A DNA stretch of 61,310 bases, counting the filler, from Candidatus Babelota bacterium (GTDB lineage: Bacteria > JAGOBX01): assembly GCA_017999075.1 (NCBI GenBank). It is 13 parts of 13 records of this genome, joined end to end, with 100 filler letters (N's around TTAATTAATTAA, not from the genome) between each part and the next. Parts side by side here need not be neighbours in the genome. Positions count along the whole stretch, not along the records: positions 1 to 3,630 come from JAGOBX010000420.1; positions 3,731 to 7,358 come from JAGOBX010000421.1; positions 7,459 to 11,086 come from JAGOBX010000422.1; 10 more parts are not named here. The stretch is one strand, 5' to 3'. This document shows positions 1-9,432 of this stretch, in pieces (the first letter of the stretch is position 1; every line of letters starts with the position of its first letter). The notes below the pieces were generated by a model. It had not been told where the DNA came from, did no database searches, and worked only from the letters and a program-made list of their open reading frames with translations. Position numbers and translations under genes: made by a program.

Positions 1-961
1 ACATATAATACGCGCCTGAAGGTACGTATGATCTAAATCCGATTTTATCAAGTGTTTCAACAATAATATCCCTATTTTCAGAATAAAACTCAGGTAATTT
101 TTTATAAAATGATTCTGAAATATTTTCCATACAATCAGATACAGCTTTCTGCAAAGGAGCAGGAGCGCATATATAGAACAAATCGTTCAATATGCCTAAT
201 TTGCTTATAATTTCTGCGTTTGCGCATAAATAACCAAGTCTCCATCCTGTTATGCTGAACGTTTTTGAAAATCCGCTTATGGTAATTGTTCTTTTTTTTA
301 ACCCGTCAATAGAAGCCGGACTTATATGTTTTATTCCGTCAAACGTTATATATTCATAAATTTCGTCTGTTATTATCAATAAATCGTATTTTTCACAGAT
401 TTTCCCTATTCGTCTAATTTCAGTTTCAGAAAAAACTTTTCCTGACGGATTAGCTGGAGTATTTATAATAACAGCTTTTGTTTTAGAATTAATTTTAGAT
501 TCCAATTCATTATAATCTATGCTCCAATTTTTTTCAGGATCCATGTTTACTGTTATCGGTTTAATACCTAAAGAAAGCATAGTATTATAATGATAACCGT
601 AAAAAGGCTGAAACAATATTATTTCATCGCCAGATTTCATCAATCCAAACAGAGCAAGAAATAACGCGCCGGTAGATCCGCTTGTAACAAGAATTTCGGT
701 TGAGCTGTCATACTCAATATTATTAAACTTTCTATTTTTATTTGCTATGTTCTTACGCAATTCATCTATACCGTCATATCTGGTATAAATATTATATCCT
801 GACCGTACAGCAGAATTAAGTCCATTAATCAGCTCATCGGGAAGATCAAGATCGCATATTCCCTGACTTAAATTAATTCCTTCAGGATGTTTATTGCATT
901 CTATCGACATTCTGCGTATATCGGATTGTTTTAAACTTAAAATATTTTCGTTAAACTTCAT
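1..961 (-). CDS. PLP-dependent aminotransferase class I/II (3' end runs off the window; absent from the ORF track)
   Basis: Manual translation from ATG at 961 (GGTG RBS) gives MKFNENILSLKQSDIRRMSIEC...INLSQGICD, NTPANPSGKVF, DEIYE, the PLP-lysine motif SGFSKTFSITGWRLGY, and YVPSGAYYM at the window edge. Confidence 0.92.
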   Translation of the reverse strand, partial: MKFNENILSLKQSDIRRMSIECNKHPEGINLSQGICDLDLPDELINGLNSAVRSGYNIYTRYDGIDELRKNIANKNRKFNNIEYDSSTEILVTSGSTGALFLALFGLMKSGDEIILFQPFYGYHYNTMLSLGIKPITVNMDPEKNWSIDYNELESKINSKTKAVIINTPANPSGKVFSETEIRRIGKICEKYDLLIITDEIYEYITFDGIKHISPASIDGLKKRTITISGFSKTFSITGWRLGYLCANAEIISKLGILNDLFYICAPAPLQKAVSDCMENISESFYKKLPEFYSENRDIIVETLDKIGFRSYVPSGAYYM

Positions 962-976
962 GGTTTTCACCAATTT

Positions 977-2689
977 TCAATTACTTTCCTTTAAAAATTC
1001 AAATATTTTTTTCCCAATTTCATTTCTGTCAACAGAGATTTTTTCACCCGTTTTTCTTACGCAAATTTCTACTGAATTATTTACAAGAGATTTCTGCCCT
1101 ACTATAATCTGATATGGTATTCCTATTAAATCCGCATCCTTAAATTTAAAACCAGGACTTACATTTCTATCATCAAATAAAACTTCAACGCCTGCTTTCT
1201 TCAGTTCTTCATAAATATCTTTCGCAATCTGAAACTCTTTAGTATCAGGTTTATTCAGTCCAATAACAATTACAGAAAACGGAGCTATTCCCAATGTCCA
1301 GATAATTCCTTTATCATCGTAGTTCTGTTCTATTGCAGCAGCAACAATTCTGGTAATTCCTATGCCGTAACATCCCATAATGTAATTTTTTAATTTTCCA
1401 TCTTCTGCAGTGTATACAGCATTCATTGATTCGGAATATTTTTTCCCAAGTTTAAAAATTTGTCCAACTTCTATTCCTCTATAATCTTCAAGTTCAGCTC
1501 CGCATTTAATGCATTTATCTCCTTTATTGGCAAGGCGTATATCATAAAATTTTTCTATTTCAAAATCTCTGTTATAATTAACGTTTACAAAATGAGCATC
1601 ATTTTCGTTCGCGCCAACTGCAAAATTATTCAAATTTTTCAACGAATTATCTGCGATAATTTTAATATTTTTAAGATTTACCGGACCGGCAAATCCAACA
1701 GCACATCCTGTAATTTTTGACACTGTATCCGCATCTGCAAGCTCAATTTCATTAGCATTAATAATTTTCTTCAATTTTATTTCATTTACATCTCTATCAC
1801 CGCGAATCAGTGCTGCAATCACATTTCCATCAGCTTTATACAATAATGTTTTGACTAATTTGCAAGGTTCTATTCCCAGAAAACCGCTTACTTCCTCTAT
1901 TGTTTTTTTTCCTGGAGTAAATATTTTTTTTAATTCAGCAGGTTCTTCTTTAACCGGTCTTAAAATAACTGAATCTGCAGTTTCATCAGTGGCTGCATAT
2001 CCGCATTTGTCATTTGAGCAACTTATGACTCTTGATTCTCCTGAATTTGCCAGCACCATAAATTCGTGTGTATTATCACCGCCTATTGCGCCTGAATCTG
2101 CAAGAACCGCTCTAAATTTCAAACCGCATCTTTTAAAAATATTAGAATAAGCATCATACATTTTTTTATAATATTCATCTAAACATTTTTCAGTGGTATG
2201 AAATGAATACGCATCTTTCATAACAAACTCTCTGGCGCGCATAACTCCAAATCGAGGTCTCACTTCATCTCTGAACTTTGATTGAATCTGATATAAACAA
2301 ACAGGCAATTGTCTGTAAGATTTTATTTCATTCGCCACTAATGAAGTAATAACTTCTTCATGCGTCGGTCCAAGCGCATATTCTTTTTCATGACGATCAG
2401 TAAACCTCATAAGTTCTTTCCCGTAAACATTCCATCTGCCTGACTGCATCCACAATTCTGCAGGAGTCATAATAGGCATCAACAATTCAATCGCATCAGT
2501 TTTATTCATTTCTTCACGGACAATCTGTTCAATTTTTTGTATTACTCTGAAGCATAACGGCAAATAATTATAAATTCCCGGAGCAATTTTTCTTAACATT
2601 GCAGCCCGTATCATATATTTATGACTGATTATTTCAGCATCAGCAGGAGTTTCTTTTAAAGTAGGCAATAAATATTTACTTAACAACAT
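977..2689 (-). CDS. proS: proline--tRNA ligase (bacterial type with INS/YbaK editing domain)
   Basis: LPTLKETPADAEIISH, LGPTHEE, KFRDEVRPRFGVMRAREF, GIEVGQIFKLG, MGCYGIG, FKDADLIGIP. ATG at 2689 follows a GAGG RBS (ORF track extends to TTG 2698). Confidence 0.97.
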   Translation of the reverse strand: MLLSKYLLPTLKETPADAEIISHKYMIRAAMLRKIAPGIYNYLPLCFRVIQKIEQIVREEMNKTDAIELLMPIMTPAELWMQSGRWNVYGKELMRFTDRHEKEYALGPTHEEVITSLVANEIKSYRQLPVCLYQIQSKFRDEVRPRFGVMRAREFVMKDAYSFHTTEKCLDEYYKKMYDAYSNIFKRCGLKFRAVLADSGAIGGDNTHEFMVLANSGESRVISCSNDKCGYAATDETADSVILRPVKEEPAELKKIFTPGKKTIEEVSGFLGIEPCKLVKTLLYKADGNVIAALIRGDRDVNEIKLKKIINANEIELADADTVSKITGCAVGFAGPVNLKNIKIIADNSLKNLNNFAVGANENDAHFVNVNYNRDFEIEKFYDIRLANKGDKCIKCGAELEDYRGIEVGQIFKLGKKYSESMNAVYTAEDGKLKNYIMGCYGIGITRIVAAAIEQNYDDKGIIWTLGIAPFSVIVIGLNKPDTKEFQIAKDIYEELKKAGVEVLFDDRNVSPGFKFKDADLIGIPYQIIVGQKSLVNNSVEICVRKTGEKISVDRNEIGKKIFEFLKESN

Positions 2690-2747
2690 ATTAAACAACC
2701 CTCAAATTCATTATTTTTTTATAATTTTTCAAATTAAACAATCTTTA

Positions 2748-2793
2748 TTTTCATATTTAAAACGAAGTATAGACTAATATTTAAATATGAAAA
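2748..2793. repeat. perfect 14-bp inverted repeat (TTTTCATATTTAAA-N18-TTTAAATATGAAAA) in the divergent proS/gatA intergenic region
   Basis: Arms read directly at 2748-2761 and 2780-2793. AT-rich, so a regulatory role is uncertain. Confidence 0.5.
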
Positions 2794-2829
2794 ATGCAAT
2801 AATTTTTTCACAAGAAATTTTTGTTTGAC

Positions 2830-2858
2830 TTGACTATAACAAAAAAATATGCTATTTT
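2830..2858 (+). promoter_or_regulatory. putative sigma70 promoter for gatA
   Basis: TTGACT (2830-2835), 17-nt spacer, TG-n-TATTTT extended -10 (2850-2858); AAGGAG RBS before ATG 2936. Confidence 0.5.
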
Positions 2859-2935
2859 AATTTTCATTAATAAACCTTAAGAAATAAATATTTCTTTAGA
2901 AAATACTAATGATAGATTTCAGAAAGGAGTTTTAA

Positions 2936-3630
2936 ATGTCTGATTATAAATTTTCTGCTATAAATATAAATAACGGATTAAAACAAAAAAAATTTTCCGC
3001 AAGAGAAATCATTGATGAAACCTATAAAAAAATCGAGAAATACAATCCTTCAATAAATGCATTTTTAACCTTAACAAAAGAAACAGCTTATCAACAGGCA
3101 GATAAAGTTGATAAAAAAATAAGTTCCGGAAAATCCATAGGGTTTCTGGAAGGAGTTCCAATTGGAATAAAAGACAATATTTGCATTAAAGACTGCCTGT
3201 CGACCTGCGGTTCTAAAATGTTATATAATTTCAAACCTCCATATAATGCCACAGTAATAGAAAAATTAATATCTGAAGGATTAATATTTGTCGGGAAACT
3301 AAATATGGACGAATTCGCAATGGGGTCATCAACTGAAACCTCACATTATGGAATAACAAAAAATCCATGGGACTTAAATAAAATACCCGGAGGTTCCTCA
3401 GGCGGATCTGCAGCGGCAGTTGCGGCAAGACTGGTTCCATTGTCTCTCGGATCAGATACAGGAGGATCAATACGCCAACCTGCTGCATTATGCGGAGTTT
3501 GCGGAATGAAGCCTACATACGGGTCTGTTTCAAGATACGGACTTATAGCATATGCATCTTCTTTAGATCAAATAGGCCCGCTTTCACTAACAGTTGAGGA
3601 TAACGCATATCTTCTTAAAACGATTGCTGG
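2936..3630 (+). CDS. gatA: Asp-tRNA(Asn)/Glu-tRNA(Gln) amidotransferase subunit A (truncated by contig end)
   Basis: Amidase signature [60 protein letters not shown]. Confidence 0.95.
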
Positions 3631-3730
3631 NNNNNNNNNNNNNNNNNNNNNNNNNNNNNNNNNNNNNNNNNNNNTTAATTAATTAANNNNNNNNNNNNNN
3701 NNNNNNNNNNNNNNNNNNNNNNNNNNNNNN
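3631..3730. other. artificial contig spacer N44-TTAATTAATTAA-N44 (first of 12)
   Basis: The same 100-nt spacer recurs at 7359-7458, 11087-11186, 14806-14905, 18517-18616, 22226-22325, 25926-26025, 29618-29717, 33306-33405, 36973-37072, 40639-40738 and 57650-57749. The linker gives stops in all six frames. Confidence 0.99.
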
Positions 3731-5736
3731 TTATAGTTTTTTTTATTCTTTTTTTTAGAAGATTTTTTTGATTTTTTTTTAGGTTTTTCATCGGAATAAG
3801 ATTCGTCATTGTCATAATTTTTTCTGCTTCCTTTTTTTTTGACTGTTTTTTTCTCTCCCATGGCGTTACCCTTAAATTCTTTAAAATCATCTTTTGCAGA
3901 TTTATTGCGTTTTTTGTAGAAATCGCTTTGCTGAAATGATTTATCATAATAGTCAGAACCTTTTCCTAAAACGCTTACATACATCAGATTTTTATAACTG
4001 GTATGTTTCGGCCAATATAAAGGAGCAAGTCTGCAATACTCGTTAACATCCTGTTCAAATTCAAACGGCACTGTTTTTTTTATGTCTTCAAAACTTTCGT
4101 TCAGTATTTTAAACAGATCAGCTAAAGTCTGGTCTCCTTTTTCAAGGCTTTCTTCTGTAATATCTATAGCTTTTTCTTTGTCGTTTACACTAATTATTTC
4201 ATAATCATTTCCTTTATCAAAAATTTTATAATATTCTAACTCTCCATATAACGGCTGCCCGTCAACCATTACCAGATTTACATCTTCAATACCAGATTTT
4301 AAAACCGATTTATACGGATCATCATCGACTTTTTTTAATATTGTCAAATCTGCGCGCAATCCTTCTTTTATTTGTCCGACAAATTTATCATAACCGCTTA
4401 TTATAGCCGGGTATTCTGTCATCATAGAAAGAATCTGTTTAGGAGTCAGCAAATTATCAAGTTCTTTGGCATTGTATTCTGCCACAACTTTAGCTTCAAA
4501 CAAAATATTAGGAGTTCCGGAAGGACCCCAATCAGGAGCAAATGAAATATGCTGCTGCGGAACTCCGTGTTCAAGAGCTCCTTTTATATCCGTGGTTTTG
4601 TTATATAACATCAGATTTGACAATGGAGACCAAACAACTTTCATGCCTGATTTTGCTATATCATTCCAGTCGTCTCCTCTCAGTGCAGTAGAGTGTATTC
4701 CAATAAATTCTTCACGAATCATATCAAATTCTCTCATACGTTCGAATTCTTCTCTGATTTTATCATCTATTCCTTCACAAAAATGAATTATATATCTTTT
4801 AGTTTTTTTTCCTAAAGTTACAAGAACTTTATCTCGTTTTGATTCGGCTTTTTCTTCATTTCCTTTCCACCACATATTTACCGGCATAACTGTTTGGTTA
4901 ATATGATCAACCCCCAATAAATTACCTTTATTCTCAACGTTGCGTGTTAATCCGTAACTGCCTGCAATTTCTCCGTTATATCCTTGCATCATAGTGGCGC
5001 CGCCCATTAATCCTTTTATTTCACCAAATTTTGTAACCTCTGTCTGCATATCTTTGTAATCTTTGCTGAAATAAAAATTCATTTTTTTCCAATCGAAATA
5101 TCTCGGATCTTTTGGCCAAACATCGCGGTTCGGATATATATCATATGTAGGTTTCCATAAATCAAATGCGTTATAATGAACGTGATTATGCAATTCTATG
5201 AATCCTGGATAAATAAAATTTCCGGACAAATCCACAAGCTTATATTTATTCGGTATTGATGAGCCTGAATAATTCATTACTTTAGTTATTTTTCCGACCA
5301 GTTTTTCTCCTGTTTTTCCGCCAAGATGTTCGTTTCTATAATCAATTAAAATAACTCCGTCTTCGATAATTTTAGAAGGAGTTACTATAGTTCCTCTCAA
5401 CGCTACGGATTTAGTCTGAAGAGTTTCTTTTCTTGGATTATTATCTGCAGGTTTTAAAGATTCCATTATTTTTTTATTTACACTGTCTTTCAATTTGAAA
5501 AATTCTTCCGCTCCAACGAAATCCTGAGTAATGTCTGTTTTAACGTCTTTTGAATCATAATCCTTGTAATCAGCTTTTGCATCTTTTATTTCTTCATCAG
5601 CAGATCCCTGCTGATTTTTATTCAATTTTTCGGTATCAGAATTATTCCCTGATGTGTTAGAACAGCTTAAATATATTGATAAAACAAAAATTATCAATGT
5701 CATTAATTTTAATTTATTTTTCATGATTATAGTCAA
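3731..5736 (-). CDS. amidohydrolase-superfamily (deaminase-like) lipoprotein with Lys-rich C-terminal tail (3' truncated)
   Basis: Lipoprotein signal ending IYLSC; metal ligands PGFIELHNH, IIHFCEG, GIHS, APDW; GQIKEGLRADL; KKKSKKSSKKKNKK tail. The start may be ATG 5724. Confidence 0.8.
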
Positions 5737-5750
5737 CTCCTTAAAAAATA

Positions 5751-6428
5751 TTAGTCAAAATCTGATTCGTCAATTTTTCCTTTCACACCGGATAAATCAT
5801 AATCAAAGACCGAGGCATCTATCGGTTTATTGATTTTGAATTCTTTAAACAATATATTAAATTTATATAATTTGTCAACACCGTCAGTAAAAATTTCTGC
5901 GGCGATTTGTTTTAAATTCAATGTCTTGTTTTCAAATACAATTTCAATTTTTTCTTTTTTATTGTTGTCTTCAAGAAAAATTAATGATTCGTATTTATGT
6001 TTTTCAAAATTTTTTATTTTATATTTTTTTAAAATATCTTTTAATTTATAGTAATCCAAAATAAAATTTTGAAATCTGAACTGTTTTAATTCCTGCTCAT
6101 TTAATTTTGAAATATTATTTTTAATAAGTATTCCAGCTGTAGAATAATGCACTAAAAAAGTATCTCCGGTTATAATTGTAGTTACTGTCTCAGCTTCATC
6201 AATAACAACTTTTTTAATATTGCTTTTGTCTTTCCAATAGGATATATAGAGAGGAACAGGATTATTGTCTTGATCAAACCCGTTAGTTAAAATAGAGGCA
6301 AATAATGTATTTATAGTATTGGATTTTTGTTCCAATTTTTTTATAAACTCGGAAATATTATCTGCTGACAGGGGATATGTGCATAACAGAATTATTATGA
6401 ATAAAGTTAAAATAATACTTTTTTTCAA
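5751..6428 (-). CDS. LolA-like periplasmic lipoprotein-carrier fold protein
   Basis: Signal peptide, N-terminal helix followed by INTLFASI, and C-terminal FKEFKINKPIDASVFDY, resembling the LolA-family C-terminus. Confidence 0.6.
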   Translation of the reverse strand: MKKSIILTLFIIILLCTYPLSADNISEFIKKLEQKSNTINTLFASILTNGFDQDNNPVPLYISYWKDKSNIKKVVIDEAETVTTIITGDTFLVHYSTAGILIKNNISKLNEQELKQFRFQNFILDYYKLKDILKKYKIKNFEKHKYESLIFLEDNNKKEKIEIVFENKTLNLKQIAAEIFTDGVDKLYKFNILFKEFKINKPIDASVFDYDLSGVKGKIDESDFD

Positions 6429-6437
6429 TATTTTTTT

Positions 6438-7307
6438 TTACCTTTTTAACTGAATATCATCGGACGAACCTATTATAGAATCAGGACCGGCGCTGAACAA
6501 AGTATATCCTGAACCATTTTCATTTATATAATATACAAGAGGTGTTCCCCAAGGATCTGATATTGAAGATGTGGCGTCATTTAATGATTGGGGCAATTTA
6601 CCATTAGCTGTTTCATAATAATCTATTGCGCGCTGAATAGTTTTTATGTCAAAAACAGCCATTGTAGTTTTTGCTGCATCAGCAGTCAAATCAGGACGCA
6701 TCATAGCAACTTCTAAATTAAGAAAAGGTTTCACTGTCTGAAGTATTTGAGTTGGCTCCATTGGCGGACGACCAGGTCTGACAGTGGTTTTCTGATTTTC
6801 TGCAAGTGAAATTTCTTTTCCGGAAGAAGATACTGTTATTTCTCCTTTAATTACATTTATTTCATCAAGATCAGAAGAAGATTCAATGCTGAATTGAGTT
6901 CCTCTGACTCCGCACACCGCAGCTTGAGAATTAATTTCAAAATTAGATTTTGTATCTTTGAAAGTATTTAATTTTGCTATTATTTTTCCTGATTTGAGCG
7001 TTACACTGACCTGGCTTGACTGTTTAGCTGTTTCAAGTTTTGTCATTTTAATTTCTGTGTTTGGTTTTATACGGATTACATCGTCTTTTCCTACAATTAT
7101 ATCAACCTGTGAATTTTCGTGTACTTTGATTTCATCGTTCTGTGAAATTTCAGATCCTGTTTTAATTGTAATTTTTTTTCCATTTCTTAAGATTTCAGCA
7201 TTTCCTTTAACTGAAACTTTAGAGCCGGAATTGTTGGAACATCCTGAAATATAAAATAATATTATCAGAACAATAAAAATTGAAATATTTTTTTTCATAA
7301 ATTCCAA
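6438..7307 (-). CDS. FecR-domain lipoprotein with C-terminal GspG/T2SS-G pseudopilin-like domain
   Basis: Lipobox ISGC. FecR motifs DEIKVHENSQVDI, IRIKPNTEI, FEINSQAAVCGVRGTQF, VIKGEITV. C-terminus DIKTIQRAIDYY..NGKLPQSLNDA..DPWGTPLVY..YTLFSAGPDSIIGSSDDI matches the GspG head pattern DPWG..Y..S.GPDG..G..DDI. Confidence 0.75.
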   Translation of the reverse strand: MEFMKKNISIFIVLIILFYISGCSNNSGSKVSVKGNAEILRNGKKITIKTGSEISQNDEIKVHENSQVDIIVGKDDVIRIKPNTEIKMTKLETAKQSSQVSVTLKSGKIIAKLNTFKDTKSNFEINSQAAVCGVRGTQFSIESSSDLDEINVIKGEITVSSSGKEISLAENQKTTVRPGRPPMEPTQILQTVKPFLNLEVAMMRPDLTADAAKTTMAVFDIKTIQRAIDYYETANGKLPQSLNDATSSISDPWGTPLVYYINENGSGYTLFSAGPDSIIGSSDDIQLKR

Positions 7308-7458
7308 GACCCCTTCAATAAAAATTTTAAAATATTTTTAAAAATATTAATGATATATNNNNNNNNNNNNNNNNNNNNNNNNNNNNNNNNNNNNNNNNNN
7401 NNTTAATTAATTAANNNNNNNNNNNNNNNNNNNNNNNNNNNNNNNNNNNNNNNNNNNN

Positions 7459-7530
7459 GCCTATAGACGCACACGTTATGCCTTTTCCTAAACTTGATAA
7501 TACTCCGCCTGTAACAAAAATTAATTTCAT
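7459..7530 (-). CDS. pyrG: CTP synthase, N-terminal fragment (contig end)
   Basis: Manual translation MKLIFVTGGVLSSLGKGITCASIG with a GGAG RBS. Confidence 0.93.
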
Positions 7531-7591
7531 ATTTTTCTCCGATAATAAATTACAGCAATTTTTTTAATTTAAAAAAACATAATAATTAAAT

Positions 7592-8653
7592 TTAAAACAA
7601 TTTTAATTGTAAATACCTGTCAAATTCATAAGATTCACAAATAAACTTTTTATAATAATCAAGTATTTCAAAATCTCCTAAAGTCGCAATGAAATCTACA
7701 GCAAGCTGTTCATCTGTCTGTCCAATAAGAGGTACGATATTTTGTTCAATAATACTGTCCGGATATTTACATAAAAATTTATATAATTCAGTTATAATTC
7801 GCATTGGTTCTTCTTCTGATTCTCTTACAACGCTGTCAGTATAAACATTTTCAAACATAAAATTTTTAAGCGTTTCTATAGCTTCTAAAACGTCTTCTCT
7901 TATCTGTATTTTAGGTTTATTAAAACTTTCATAAATCACAGCCATTATCATATTGTTTAAACGTGCAGCATAATGAGAACCCAATATTTTTATTATTTTT
8001 TCAGGAATTTCAGACATATCAATTATTTTTTCAGATAAAGCATCGTCAAGATCATGATTTATATAAGCAATTCTATCAGAAATTCTTACCACCTGAGCCT
8101 CAAGAGTTATAGAATTCATAGCATTGGAAAAAATAGGTCCATCACCTTTTGAATGAAATTGTATTCCTTCCAATACTTCTTTTGTCAAATTAAGTCCTTT
8201 ACCGTCTTTTGCAAGGTGTTCGACTACTCTGACGCTGTGAATGTTATGCTTAAATCCCTGAGGAAAAATTTTATTTAAAGCTTCTTCTCCTGCATGACCA
8301 AACGGCGTGTGTCCAAGATCGTGTCCCAAACTTATAGCCTCAACCAAATCTTCGTTAAGTTTTAAAGCTCGCGCTATAGTACGAGCTATCTGACTTACTT
8401 CAAGAGTATGAGTAAGTCTTGTTCTCAACACATCTTTTTTAGGAGTTACAAAAACCTGCGTCTTAGATTTTAACCTCCGAAAATAATGAGAATGAAGTAT
8501 CCTGTCGCGATCGCGTTGAAATCCTGTGCGGAATTCGCTGTTAGGTTCGGAAATTTTTCTGCCTGCAGAACCATAGCTTTTTACGGCAAAATCAGATAAA
8601 TATTTTTTTTCACGTTCAATAATTTCTTTTTTAAAATCAAACAATTCCGGCAT
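7592..8653 (-). CDS. dgt: deoxyguanosinetriphosphate triphosphohydrolase (HD domain)
   Basis: RTGFQRDRDRILHS..FRRLKSKTQVF, RTRLTHTLEVSQIAR, GHDLGHTPFGHAGE, DRIAYINHDLDD. Confidence 0.93.
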   Translation of the reverse strand: MPELFDFKKEIIEREKKYLSDFAVKSYGSAGRKISEPNSEFRTGFQRDRDRILHSHYFRRLKSKTQVFVTPKKDVLRTRLTHTLEVSQIARTIARALKLNEDLVEAISLGHDLGHTPFGHAGEEALNKIFPQGFKHNIHSVRVVEHLAKDGKGLNLTKEVLEGIQFHSKGDGPIFSNAMNSITLEAQVVRISDRIAYINHDLDDALSEKIIDMSEIPEKIIKILGSHYAARLNNMIMAVIYESFNKPKIQIREDVLEAIETLKNFMFENVYTDSVVRESEEEPMRIITELYKFLCKYPDSIIEQNIVPLIGQTDEQLAVDFIATLGDFEILDYYKKFICESYEFDRYLQLKLF

Positions 8654-8668
8654 TTTCCTCTCCGTTAT

Positions 8669-9286
8669 TCATATATATTTTAGCCTAAGCAAATCTTCTC
8701 TTACTTTTTCTGTAGGAAACCCGACAATATTATCGTAACTTCCAGTATAACTTTCTACTATATCAAAATCAGTAGTATTTCCTGTCACGTTGCTGTGTTC
8801 AAAACTTTTCATATCCTGTATGGCATATGCCCCGGCTTTATCCATACAATTTGAATATTTAACATAATAATCCAATTCATTTTCATTTAAATGTTTAATT
8901 TTTACAAACGAAATTTCATAGCCTGTCAAACTATGATTTTTTTGCTGGTCAATCAAAGCATACCCTGTTATAACTCTGTGCTCTTTCTTCATTAATTCTA
9001 AAATAATATTTTTGGCATCATTTTCATCTTTAGGTTTTCCATAAATTTTATTTTCTAAAACCACTATTGTGTCAGCTGAGATAATCAAATGATTTTTCAT
9101 GTTTTCTGATAAAATATCTTTTACAGATAATCCTTTCATTAACGCCGCTTTTACAGCAAAATCTTCAGGAGAATTATAATCAGATACATTTTCATCTACA
9201 TTACTTATTATGATATCAAAATCATCTATAATTTTTTTTAATAATATCTGCCTTCTTGGACTTTGCGATGCAAGTATAAATTTCAC
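8669..9286 (-). CDS. maf: Maf family nucleoside triphosphate pyrophosphatase
   Basis: ILASQSPRR, IISADTIV, GKP, DKAGAYAIQ, GSYDNIVGFP. Likely GTG start at 9286 after a GAGGTG RBS. Confidence 0.92.
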   Translation of the reverse strand: MKFILASQSPRRQILLKKIIDDFDIIISNVDENVSDYNSPEDFAVKAALMKGLSVKDILSENMKNHLIISADTIVVLENKIYGKPKDENDAKNIILELMKKEHRVITGYALIDQQKNHSLTGYEISFVKIKHLNENELDYYVKYSNCMDKAGAYAIQDMKSFEHSNVTGNTTDFDIVESYTGSYDNIVGFPTEKVREDLLRLKYI

Positions 9287-9399
9287 ATTCCACCTCAATA
9301 ATATTTTAAAGATAAAAACTGCAAAACATAATATAAGCAATAATGAATTTAATTATTATAAAAAATAAAAAAATTCACAAAATAAAACTCGAACATTTC

Positions 9400-9432
9400 A
9401 CTGTATTTTTACTGTATTTTTACTGTATTTTT
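9400..9432. repeat. 11-bp tandem repeat (ACTGTATTTTT)x3 overlapping the rsmG stop codon
   Basis: Copies read directly at 9400-9410, 9411-9421 and 9422-9432. Confidence 0.85.

Noticed and set aside
2690..2830. T-box riboswitch upstream of proS
   Set aside because: No T-box consensus or terminator seen; the region is short and shared with the gatA promoter.
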